NCBI GenBank assembly: GCA_965637545.1
Contig: OZ281500.1
Location: 6,820,001-6,884,000 of the forward strand
Direction: 5' to 3'
Origin: Phallusia mammillata
Taxonomy: Eukaryota
DNA: 64,000 nt
Under the pieces are notes generated by a model, which did not search any database, was not told the origin of the DNA, and saw only the letters and a list, made by a program, of their open reading frames with translations. This document shows positions 21,221 through 33,623 of this stretch, piece by piece. A program made the translations under genes and the position numbers. How positions within the stretch are numbered: position 1 is the first letter of the stretch; each line of letters opens with the position of its first letter.

Positions 21221-24200
21221 TTAATTAAAACCTATGAGACGAAACACATAAACCCATTTTGCTTTGGATGATGCTGGATTTACAATTGGCATAACAATTC
21301 CCACACCAGTTGGACTTAATGGTTCCCAAGTCAATGAACTGCCACCCCCAATTAACTCGATAGAGGCAGATTTGGAAGTGACAATTGGGGATCCGATCTC
21401 AAGAATGCCAGAGTCAGGCCATGAAAAGCTGAAGGCATATACTTTATTTCCATTCATAGTATACCTATAAAAAAGTATGTTAAACAGTTGCAAGGTACAT
21501 AGATTGTTTAAACCAGAAAAAAATTGATGTGTCCAGCAGAACCACAAGTACCAAAAGCCATCAATGTGTCCTTCAAATGTATAAATGGTCTAGCACAGTG
21601 GTTCCCGACCAGGAATTTTTAAAAAAGAGGGCAGGAATTTACTTTAATTTTGTGATTTGTAAATAGACACATAAGCTCTGGGAATACAGCCTGTGAAGTT
21701 CATAAAAGACCTAATTTTAAATGATCTTTTTGTAGTTTGGATCTATTATGTAGTATATGAGTAAGGAATAAAAATGTTGTGAATTGTTAAGGGAGGAATT
21801 CATCAAAACAGGTTTGGTACCACTGATCTAGCAGCTGGATTCAATATGTCTACGCAGCCCAGACTAGACCCTAAAATGATCTTCAAGATGAATTTTAGAA
21901 ATAAGTTTAAAATGCCTATTCAGTGCTTGGTCATTTTTTCTTACCAAACATTAGAATTCATGGAGTCATTCTGATGCTTCCATGGCTTACTGCTGTACAC
22001 TGCTTCCCCATTTAATTTGAGCCATTCACCCATCTGTCGAAGTCGCTCTTCAAAAATTGGAATAATTGTTCCTTCTTTGGTAGGACCAACATTCATTAGC
22101 ATGTTACCATTGCAACTGATAGTAACCACAAATTTCTGGAAAAAAGATTATCTTCCTAATACAAGTTTTTACTTTTAAACAAAGGAATTTAAATTGAACT
22201 GTGATGTACAAATCTCATTCAATCTAGACGTTGTTTAAAGTTAGACCCATTTTAGGAGACAAGGTTAAAGCAACAGCTAATGCATCACAATGGCTTGTTC
22301 TACAAACTCCACAAACTTTTTTCCAACAGAAAAATTTGACTTATTTAGTGAGTTATTGAAACAGCATACAAAATAGTGCTATGTTGTATATACTGTGTAA
22401 ATTATACTTTTTGGACTTACCATAATAGGCCAGCAAGTTACGTAGTGGTGTCAAACAAAACAATCAACACCCAACAATTCCAAACCTCTATTTACTATCC
22501 AACCTTGACATGTCTGTACAGTAGCTTTTTGCTTTACGTAACCACAGCAAGAATAGCATGTGATAAACATTTAGATTCTTGGTGGCTAACAGAACTAGTG
22601 GAAATCTGTATTAGATTTACCTGCAGTAACTCGTTGATTGACATGTATGCTTTGAAGTCAACATTTCTTCTGTATCCCCATGATCCTTTGTCAATAGTCA
22701 TGGCATTCTCCCATTTTCTCTTCTGCAAAGTTCCAGGATTGTACCTGTCTTGGCATGTCAGAAAGCCACCATGCTTGCATAAAGCCTCTTTGCCCCATCT
22801 GTCATTGGTTACAACAACATCCTGCAAGAAAAATTAGAAAGCTTTTTAAAGGCACAAAAGAGTTGCTGCTACATCAATATATAGTCATTATGTGGGAAGG
22901 GTGTTTTACCTTCACTGGGCTTTTGTTGTACAGCCAGGCCAGGAACTCCTTACTTTTCCAGTAGTTTTCACTTGCTTCCCAATCACCATCAGACCAAACA
23001 ATATCAGGCTTGAAATGATTGACAAGGTAATACAACTCAGGCATTGTCTTTGACCTGTGTCAAACAAAAATGATGAAATGGGCTTAATTACAAAGTTGGC
23101 CATATCCAGAAAAAAATTGATTTACAGCTGTTCAAATTTTGAAAAATACATACATGTTAAATATGTACGTTTTGGATTCAAAACTAATCTTAAGATTTCC
23201 TGGAACGAATTACAAATATTTTTGTGTAATTTAAGTGTTCTTACGTCACAAATGTATCAGTTGTAAAATTTTTCTTTTTGTCCTCAAGATATTTGGGGTT
23301 AAACCACTCAAACAGTGAGTGGTACAAACCAAGCCGAAGAGCTCCTTTCTTATTGATTGCATTTGCAAACTCTCCCACTATGTTCCGTTTTGGTCCAACA
23401 GCCATTGAGTTCCAGTTAAAAGAGCTATCAGATGGCCAGTTTGTGTAACCCTCGTGATGTTTGCTGGTTAGGACAACATATTTGGCCCCAGATGCCTATA
23501 AAAAAAACAATAATATTATATAATACAAATTCAGGCAAATGTTAAAGACATATTATTTTGGTGTGCAGCCTAAACTTACAGGTCCTCTTTTTGTGTTCTA
23601 GAAAATCTTTTGTGTTCGGACATTAAATAGATTAAAAGATTTTACTTGCTCTTTTATTGGTTAATGGATCTTAACCTAAACCAATAACAAAAGAGAAAAC
23701 CTATACTGCCTTTTACCTCAAAAAGATCAGCCCACTTGTCTGCATCAAAGAACTCAGCAGTAAACTGGGGTGCAAAGTCAGCATAGGTGAAACCTGGTGC
23801 ATAGTTTTTGTGCATGAAATATTTGGCATCAGGGTTTCCATTCTTCCAATAATACCAGAACCATTCAGCCAGAAACCCATCACCAAAACTTGGCACTGAA
23901 AACACACCCCAATGAATAAAGATGCCAAGTTTTGCTTCATCATACCTAAAAAAATCAAATGTGCAAGTAAAAAACTTGTAAAAGCTTTTGTATTGCTGAG
24001 CTTAACAGCTCACACCAATGGATGGTGACATTTCCCTGAGGAAGTGTTGTATGAGTTCTTGCACTTGTTTAAAAAAAACTCATCATGCCTTCTTGACCTG
24101 AGTGTATTTACAAAAAAATCATTGTGGCACAGCTATAGTAGAATACTGGTTACCAAACACAAACAGTATAGTGGCCCATATGAGCATTTTAATTGGGCCA

Positions 24201-24545
24201 TAGAGCGTATGGACATGTACCCGCCCCCATGGAACAAATAAACAATGTTGCAGCTACATCGTTCAATGCAGATCAGTGTTGAGTGCTATTCTTTGCAGAA
24301 AAATGCGAACTTAGCTCCTATTGTAGCCTACATTTAGTTTTTCTATACCTCGCGAGTTGCAATCGTTAATGTAATTGGTTTATTTTTAAACTGTAATGTA
24401 CTTGGCACAATATATTAGATTTTTGAACTTTTGTTATTGCTTACCATGATGGTAATGGTCGCTTGTCCAGTGAATCCCATGTCGGCTTATACTCCGCTGA
24501 ACAGCCAGAAATGACTAAAACGGCGAGTACACAAGCGAACTTCAT
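21221..24545 (-). CDS. FUCA: alpha-L-fucosidase (GH29) paralogue 2, 7 exons, 453 aa
   Basis: Exons 24545-24445, 23945-23717, 23495-23245, 23054-22910, 22821-22621, 22135-21945, 21464-21221; canonical [31 protein letters not shown]. Confidence 0.95.
21596..21825. mobile_element. hAT-type MITE in last intron of FUCA copy 2
   Basis: Ends CAGTGGTTCC / GGTACCACTG; flanking 8-mers GTCTAGCA / ATCTAGCA (7/8 match). Confidence 0.7.
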
Positions 24546-25371
24546 GTCAACACAACTTCGCTTACACCAAAACAAACAACGGAATTCGGCTTTGTGCAGG
24601 CGAAATCCAACCCAAAAACTTGTGACCGGAATTTAAATGTAACGTTTGCAGCAAATCGACGTCACGTTTTGTGACGTTGTATTTTCAGGAAACGCATGTC
24701 TGATTTGTCCGCAAATCGTTCGCAACGTTTTCGTATTATATAATCACTAATTAAAGTCATCATATGTGTCATTTTTTGAAGGCACTTATTTCAAATTGTA
24801 TCAATTTAGGGTCAACATAGACATTGGAAAATAAAACCTACCCAAAGAAACTGTCTTTGTCGGTTCATCATTTCCGTTGCTTAACAAGCTTTAATGGGCA
24901 AGTTCTAATTTCTGATTCAAAAAGATTATTGTATATGTGGACAAAAACCGATAATCCTTTTATTGTGAGAAAGTGCAGTTTATTGCATGAGACTTTAAAT
25001 CGAGTACATTTTTAAGAAACTACTGTGGTTCAAAATAATGCAAATGAAGAATATAAATGCAATGGAAGTCATTCATATGGTATTAGGATTTAAATGCCCT
25101 AATATCACACTAATTTTGCAGATATACGAATAAATCATCAAGACAAAGAAACTGCTATATGACAAATAAATGAGCAGGAAACCAAGCATAGTTTTTCGCA
25201 AAACAAAGTCATCAAAGCTAATTTTTCAAATAAAAACCATTTGACTGCATAGATTAAACATTTTGGGTACAGATTAGTAAGTGAACTGATTATATGCAAA
25301 AATAAAAAAATCAGTTTAATGAAACAAAGGCACAGTTTATCATTTTATTATGAAACTTTAAATGGCACAAA

Positions 25372-28300
25372 TTAGGCTGATTCAAATCCTGTCAATCTGA
25401 AGACATAAACCCATTTTGCCTTGATAGTTGCAGGGTTTACAACTGGCAACAAAATTCCAACACCTCTAGGTTGTAATGGTTCCCATTTGAGTGCTGAATC
25501 ACCTCCCAACAAATCAATGGTTGCACCTGGTTTTGGATTTGCTGCTCCCAGAATTAACACACCTGAATCTGGCCATGAAAAGCTGAAGGCATATATCTTG
25601 TCTTCATTCTTGGTGTACCTGAAAATGAACATCAAATGTTTACAACAGGGGTCGGCAGCTCCCGGCTCGCATGCCAAGGTTGGCACACAAGGTGGTTTTT
25701 CATGGCATGCCAACCGATTTGCGTGTTTATATTGAAGTAACAATTTAACCTGTCACACTGCTTGTTTTCAGTTTTTATCATGTCATTGTCTTAAAATACA
25801 ACCTTACATGTACAAAACACTCTGCTTTCTCTTTATTATCGATATCAGCTGGCACGAACCACCATTAGTTAGAAAAACGTTGGCATGTGAGGTCATTAAC
25901 ACATGGAAATAACAAGTAAAATGACACCGGTCGCCTGAAAGGTTGCCGACCCCTGGTTTACAACATATGGTTTATCACATCAAAAGGGAAGATATTAAAT
26001 TATAATGCAAATGCCACTTTGCTGTCATTCAATGCTTGCAACATGCACAGGGTATAATGGTAAATGATTACAATGTAGTCATAAATATTTAGCTAAAATT
26101 TTATGGTTTGACAACAGTCGCAAACTTTGCTGCAAACCTTCTTGCAACAAGTTGTTAACCGTCTGATAACCGTTACAATAAAACAAAGCTCTGAAGTAAC
26201 AATTAAATTTATTGTCGGATGAATGTTTTCTGTTACATTTGTTGGAGATTAAGTTCTGTAATTTAACTTACCAAACACCTTTAGTCATGGTGTCATTCTG
26301 GTGTGTCCATGGCTTACTACTGTACACTCCTTCACCATTTACTCCGAGCCATTCACCCATCTGTCTTAATCGTTCCTCAAACACAGGGGTAATTGTTCCT
26401 TCTTTAGTCGGCCCCACATTTACAAGAATATTGCCATTGCAACTGATTGTGGTAACTAGCTCCTATACAATATAAGATCCAAAAGAAACAGTTCAAACCT
26501 TTGAATATTTTTTAAGTGAAGCACAAAAATTTGTTTTAAAAATTTGTTTTAACCTAGTGCATTTACCTGCAACAACTCTTCAATTGTCATGTACTGATCA
26601 AATTGGATATTTCTTCTGTAACCCCAGGAGCCCTTGTCAATAGTCATAGCATTTTCCCACTTTCTTGTTTGAAGGGTGCCTGGGTTGTATCTATCAGAGC
26701 ATGTAAGGTAGCCACCATGCTTACATAGTGTGTCACTGCCCCATCGATCATTTGTGACAACAGTATTCTGTGATTTTTATACAGTACAAAGAAAAGCTGT
26801 TTAATGACGATGGACAAGTGTACCCACAAAGTTTTTATTATCATAAAACACAAATAATGTGGAAATGACCTGATATATTGGATCAAATTTTAGGTTTCAG
26901 CCCTTTTAAAAGCAAACAGTAAAAGGCAAGTGATGGATTTATATTTAGAATATGTACCTTTACTGGACTTTCATTGTAAAGCCAAGCCAAAAAGTCTGGG
27001 CTTGACCAATATGAGGAGTTTGCTTCCCATTGGCCATCTGACCAGATTACATCTGGTTTGTAACGGTTCACAATATCATAGAGTTCAGGCATTGTTTTTT
27101 CCCTAACAGATAAAAAATATTAGCACATTGATTAGAAATAGTAATGCTAGTAACATGGTATTGGCATAACTTAAGAATGCTTCTGTTTATTTATGTGTTT
27201 TAAACCAATATGCCTGTCAGTTTTAATTTACTTACTTGACAAATTTATCTGTTTTAAAACCACTTTCTTTATCTTGAAGATAGGATGGGTTAAACCATTC
27301 AAAAAGTGAATGGTAAAGTCCGAAGTGTATTGATGTTTTGTTTCGGATTTCATTTGCCAATTCACCAACTATATCCCGTTTAGGACCAATATCCATAGAG
27401 TTCCAGTTCCAGGAAGTAGCAGAAGGCCAATTTGTGTAACCTTCATGGTGCTTACTTGTCAGCACAATGTACTTGGCTCCAGATGCCTAAACAAAGCGTT
27501 TATCATTCTGCCAATTTTATTAGTGTAAATTATGAGAATAAAACTTTTAATGTTCGGCCTGAAACTGTTGTACAACAATGATGTATATTCCTCTAATATC
27601 TATCCAATTGTACTCAACCACAAAACATCAAACTCACTTGTGTTCTTATAGAGTGTTCTCATAATTCTCTAACATCAGTGAAATTAGTCACTTTAAAAAC
27701 ATTATGTTTGCATTTAGCAGGCAACAAGTTAAGAAACAGTACACAAACAAACAGACTTTTCTTTAGGGAAAGATTTGTATTTGTCCCAAAATTTACAATT
27801 CTTAATCTACCTGAAAGATTTCTGCCCATTTGTCAGCATCATAAAACTCTGCAGTGAATTGTTTGGCAAAGTCACCATAGGTAAAATCTGGTGGGTAGTT
27901 CTGTTGCATAAAGTACACTTCAGCTGGACTGGACACCCCTTGCCAATTCCACCAAAACCATTCAGAGGCAGCACCTTGCCCATAACTTGGAACTGCAAAG
28001 ACTCCCCAGTGAATAAAGATGCCAAATTTAGCTTCATCATACCTGTCAATACAAATAACACCAAATGTCAATTTAGTTGAGGTGTTTGTGGCATTTCAGA
28101 GTTTGCAAGGTTTTTGATTAGGTAACATGAAGTATTTTGCTTGGTTTGCACCATTCCCCCAAGCAAAGATACACAAAAACAAACCTGCACCAAACATAGC
28201 CTAGAAATAACTCATTTGTACACAAACATACTCCATTTGTATACACAAACCAATGCTTATTGCAATCAAAAACTTTGGTGTCGTAATTTGAAACTCACAG

Positions 28301-28553
28301 AAAATCACATAAAACAGCCTAAATTTGTGTGGGAAGTTGCTTAACTTCATAAAAGTTCATAAAAGTACGCATTAACATTCTACGAAACAAAGATGCTTCA
28401 GTTTTTTCGCCAAAGACCGATTCGGCAATGAACTTATTCAACTTACCACGTTGGCAACGGTCTGGAGTCCAAAGAATCCCAGTTTGGTTCATAATTGGCG
28501 TTGCAGAATGCAATGCACATTGATAACAATGACAAAGAAATCACACTCTTCAT
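25372..28553 (-). CDS. FUCA: alpha-L-fucosidase (GH29) paralogue 3, 7 exons, 457 aa
   Basis: Exons 28553-28447, 28042-27811, 27486-27236, 27102-26958, 26767-26567, 26462-26272, 25618-25372; canonical [27 protein letters not shown]. Confidence 0.95.
25646..25955. mobile_element. hAT-type MITE in last intron of FUCA copy 3
   Basis: TIR CAGGGGTCGGCA / TGCCGACCCCTG; perfect 8-bp TSD GTTTACAA. Confidence 0.9.
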
Positions 28554-28635
28554 GATTAATTTTCTGTTCTAAATAATAGCAAAAACAAATATTTTCGCAC
28601 AACGACGAAGTCAAAAGCCACTACAAATACAAACA

Positions 28636-28643
28636 TCACGTGA
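28636..28643. promoter_or_regulatory. TCACGTGA E-box (CLEAR-like) ~85 bp upstream of FUCA copy 3 ATG
   Basis: Exact palindrome in the CpG-rich proximal upstream region of a lysosomal hydrolase gene. Confidence 0.5.
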
Positions 28644-28663
28644 GTGACGAGTGACGACTGACG

Positions 28664-28883
28664 GGTAGAGCTACTAACACTGAGCTTCACCTTTGGCCCG
28701 ACCTGGAAACTTCTGGTAGGTGGCGCAAAAGAGCATAGGCGTTTATGGTGCTGACTCAGCAATTATTCTTACCGGAAACCCAAATTGCTATAACAGCACC
28801 ATAAACGCCTATGCTCTTTTGCGCCACCTACCAGAAGTTCCCAGGTCGAGCCAAAGGTGAAGCTCAGTGTTAGTAGCTCTACC
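28664..28883. mobile_element. Mutator-type foldback MITE (220 bp)
   Basis: ~88-bp near-perfect TIRs starting GGTAGAGCTACTAACACTGAGC; 9-bp TSD CGACTGACG at 28655-28663 and 28884-28892. Confidence 0.92.
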
Positions 28884-31800
28884 CGACTGACGAGGCAACG
28901 ACACACAAAAATACCCTGAAAGTGAAAGCAAGCACTTGTATCGCTAACTGCTTATTTTTTTCATTCCAGCAGGGGCCAAATTGCACTCATAGTCGTTTGT
29001 TTTCTTGCGGCATATTTCACCTGCAAAACAATCGTATTTCGTTCTTAAACAACGCTGTAATTAGAACATAATTTAAAATATTTTAAAAGACAGCATGAGA
29101 AGTTTTTATCCATAATAAATCCAGATGTTTAAACAGAGCAACGATATCAATTCAAAAGTAGCACGTACGTACCGTAACATTTTTTTTTTGAATTAAAAGT
29201 TGCCAATTTAGGGTGATTTGCGACCTTTTAGTTAGGTAAACGATTATGTGACGTACAAAACTGAACAAAATGGCAAATGTTGCCGTCAAATAGCACTGGG
29301 TGGCACACACGCCTATCAGGAGAAAAAAAAGACGATTCAAAACTATTAGCTCAAATAAAGTTTATTTACAAGAGCCTACTACATTAAGCACCACTTTGTT
29401 TGTGAAATGTATAAAGTTTAGTCCAATTTCTTAACATCTTCTGGGACTTAAAATAACTTGTATAGCCTACTATATTAACGCTTTTAAGTCTGTTTTGGCA
29501 TGAAAAAATAATCCAATTTTTTGTTATGGATGCGGTGATATAAAAATTAGAAAAACGCGTAGTGGAAGAAAGCAACATGACTTCCTTATATCGCCTCGGT
29601 TTTGATAAGGTTATTTCTTTAGGAAGCTTGTCAGGCATAAGCGGACTTTAGAAAACTATGTAGATTCGATCTTCCGTCAGACGAGATTAATTGCTGATTC
29701 GATTTTTCCGCGTTAGCATAGTTTAGAAGTCCATGGCTAGCACAAGAGTTTTAGCCAATGTTGTTTAAGATGTACCGTCGGCCCAAAAGCTACGATATCC
29801 AATCGCACAAACACAGAATGCGCTATTGTTTGTTCACTATACGGTATTGTTTAACCGAATTGTGACGTACGTGATTTGTCCGCGGTTTTGTTTTGTAGTT
29901 CCACTGTCAGTGACGACATAAAGCAAACCTGAAGTATTATCGAATGGCAAGCAGTATACTTATCGTTTCCGTTGCCTACGAGTAACTATGATTAATGAGA
30001 TGGAAGGCCAGGTGACAGCCAGAGCTGGATTGGTTAAGGCACACGTCCGGCTAATGTGTACGGCGTTGAATTCTAAGAGTCAGCATATTTTCTATAGCCA
30101 GGGGTAGGTAGCAATTGTATTTAAAGTCTGTAGTTTCCTAGCTATGTTTCAGTGTAAAGTTTGAGTCTGAACATCTGAGCTTAGGCTACATGTTATGATG
30201 AAATGCGAGAAACAATTAATCAGTGTGTTAAAATGGACTGTGATTTATATTATACTCTTAACACTTAAAAGGAAACTTTTTTGCCGAAACTGCCCAATTT
30301 GTGTGAACAAAAATTTTGGCAAGTCATGCACTATGAAATATTGTTCAGGTTTTTTGCTTGTTCGATAAAGAAGCAGTTATCGAAAAAAAAGTTGGATATA
30401 CTCTGTGCCAAAAATATTGCTGGATTTAGTCTCGAGAGCTGTTTTTTTGAAGATTTTACAAAAATCGAAAAAGTGTTGAATTTGTTGCGATCACGTTTTC
30501 CCTAGCACGAACACATGTGGCATTCTGCGCTCGTTGTTTGCAGATCGTAAATCCGTGATTCAAAATCATTTTTTTTGGTTTATAGTTCTCGTTTGTGTCC
30601 TCGTCAATCGAAAGGGTCACCACGCCTCCTACGAACTCAGTCAAAAATTTTAGGTGCTTGCGTTTTTGGCTGCTTTTTGTTTCTTGGTATATTTATGACA
30701 AAGCTAAGTTTTACATGAGTTCAACTAACAAGAGATGTGCTATTATTGCCACCAGTCTAATTTTAGTCTAAATCGGGGCAATAAAAAGTTTATCACAAGT
30801 AAGTTTACTTAGGCTAAGTTTCAGGGGCTATAATTGAGAAAAAGTGGTTTGACAGTATAAGAATAAAACCTAATAGTAAAAGAATTACACACAACCAACT
30901 GAAGGGCGTTCATATTTGCAATCAAGAGCCACACGCGGCGTGCACGTATTGTTTTGGTTGATTATTATGAACCTTGAGAGTAAAGCAGCAGCATATACTA
31001 ATGACAACTTGCAACATGGCTGACAATAATTAGGCAAATATATTGACTTTGCAAGGTTTTGGGTGATCGATGTCCATAGAGATACGGCCAGAAGGCCACA
31101 CCGTCACTTGATGCATGGCTTCTGAATTGTTTGACGCAGAAGGCGCACGAATTGACAAGCATTCTGCTGCACAAACTGGTCACTGGTAAGGCGTATTTCG
31201 TCATAACTTCGCAATGATGACCTGGCCTAAATTTGCGCGCGTAGAAAGTTGTATTAATATTGCGTAGAAATAAAAAAAAATATTGTAGTGTAAAATGAAC
31301 ACTTATTGGCGACGAGTAAACTTGAACAATAGTATTTTTGCGAAATGTTTCAACAATCACTGTTGTTGCCAACACAGGTTTGTACTGTTGTTGCCAACAC
31401 TGCACTGTTCACCAATTTCAATTGTTAAGCTTGTTTATCCTACAATTTTGCATGTTTAAGTTTGAGCAGAACTTTATTGGAATAATAAAACCAAGCTGAG
31501 GAGATGGCCATGGAATTTAACACCACGGAAATTATGCACAATGTTCTGTCATTTTCTCGTTTGTCTCATCAGAGCCCGTTAGAGCATAAATATTAATGAG
31601 TGGGCTCGTGTCCAAGAAATGCAAGCAGGGGCCATAGTAGCTCGAATCCGTTTTATTATTGATGACAACAAAAGCAGGGAGCATAGATAGACAGATCGCG
31701 TGGTGGATATTTAATGGATGTTAGGAAGGAGTACGACTGAACGCCATGACGTCATATAGCAGTTTCGTCATCGCTGTATGAGAATGGCTGTCAGCTGCCT

Positions 31801-33623
31801 GCGTCAAAGCGTTTGCCTTAATGACGTTGGGAATGATAAATGATGACATGCAGAAGATTGGATTCACTTTCGGTGGGTTTCAGGTCACAGAAAGGGCAGT
31901 GGTGAGGTTTTGTGTTTTAGATTCTGCGAGTTGAAAATTACGAGACATATTTTACAAGTTTACAAGACGGTCCATTTATTTAACGTTAGCGGAATTTGTT
32001 TTAAGCATGTTGATTGGAATGTGTAGTAAATTATCGTGTAAGTTTAATGTTTACATTTACTATTGAGAAAGTGCCCAAGCGGTAACCGAACTCTTTATAC
32101 GCAACAATTAGACCTATATACTTTAAATTCATGTTCTCTATAGTCATTTTACGCATTGTTTTTCTCCGCGTTTCAAAAGACAGGCCTGTCTAAAACAACG
32201 TAACCAACCCGACGAATGAAATTTGACCATCCGTGCTAAAAACATTTTGAACGGGTTTCACGGGCGAAACAGCTACAATGGCTTTGTTCGTAATCGAGAG
32301 GATAGGCAAAAGTCATTTGCGTCTTTGATTGACTGTCAATACATAATACTCTGGTGCGACACTGATCCGTGCCTTTCTCCAACCACATACTGCATTTCGT
32401 CGTTAGTAGGACAAAGCATTTTATCCGCCCGTTTTGTTAGCAGTAAATGGAATGACGCATTTCCATTTAAAAGGCTATTCTATACCGCCTTTTCGGCCTT
32501 TCAAAATAGCTTTTATAAAATCAAGCAATGACACAAAATTTGGTACAAGCTGCTACGTTTTAAGTTTCTTCAATAAGAAAAAGTAGGACCTAGCCCAGTC
32601 TCCCATCTAATTTAACTTTACAAAGGTTGTGATGGATTTTTTTGTCGCCTTTCACTACGTCAGTTAACGATCTTCGTCATTGAGGGATCTATTACTTTGT
32701 TGTACGTCATACTTCGGTGTGATGCATTTTTATTGTCTACAAAAGCAATTTGCTACCGACACATGTCCAGACTGTATGAAAATTTCTTGTAGTTTGTGGT
32801 TGTCACATAAGAGATGTCGCAGTTAGTCAAAGTTTCGTGGTCTTCAGTTAACATCAGAAGCAAATCCCAAGGGATCACTTTTCTTTGAACAGTATTTTAC
32901 TACTTGAACAAGGCGTACTTGTCGTCCTACTTGGCTCCGAATAAAACGCCAAGTTGACTTAAATTCGCTTTGCTTTGAATCGAGGTGATTTCAAATTGCT
33001 CGCCGATTGATGTATACAGCAGCGTGGGAAGGCGACCCGGAAGTAGTTGCGGTTAAAAGAGCGGAAGTCAACGTGAACTTGCATTGGGTCAGTTGGTTAT
33101 TTTCCCAAAAACAAAGTGAAGTTGTAACTCTCTGGTCCCAGATATTGAAATGTATGTTAGGGTGCAAGTTGAACAGATAGAAAAATATGTAAAGAATGTT
33201 TGTTTTGTCTGCTGTGTAGCTATTTTATGGTTTAATAAACAGACTTTCATGTTTTTTACCCGTTTTCAGTGGCGATTGGTTGCTAAAAAACAATGTGCAA
33301 ACACTACAACAAGCGTTTGATATTCGATGATTTTGCGCTACGTCTGCTTCAGTACATGTTGTGTGGTCGTTTATATCTTTCCTGAAATACGTTGGCCCGT
33401 GAGTCGTATCATCACTGATGCCTGTGTGTGCGTTAGCAATTTGTAACCATAAAACCGACGCTCGACAAGCAATCCAATTAAACGGGAACAGAACGAGACC
33501 TGACTCACAGTCATTTTTTTCTAGCAGATCTGTTCAAAATAGCGAACGAAGCCATGCGAGCACAAGCAAAGTGGCTATTTTGTGATTATAACCTACCGTT
33601 AATCATGTGAAAAAAATTTATCG

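Noticed and set aside
29000-33600. Short ORFs upstream of the adenylyl cyclase
   Set aside because: No homology or coherent exon chain; likely promoter, UTR or intergenic DNA.
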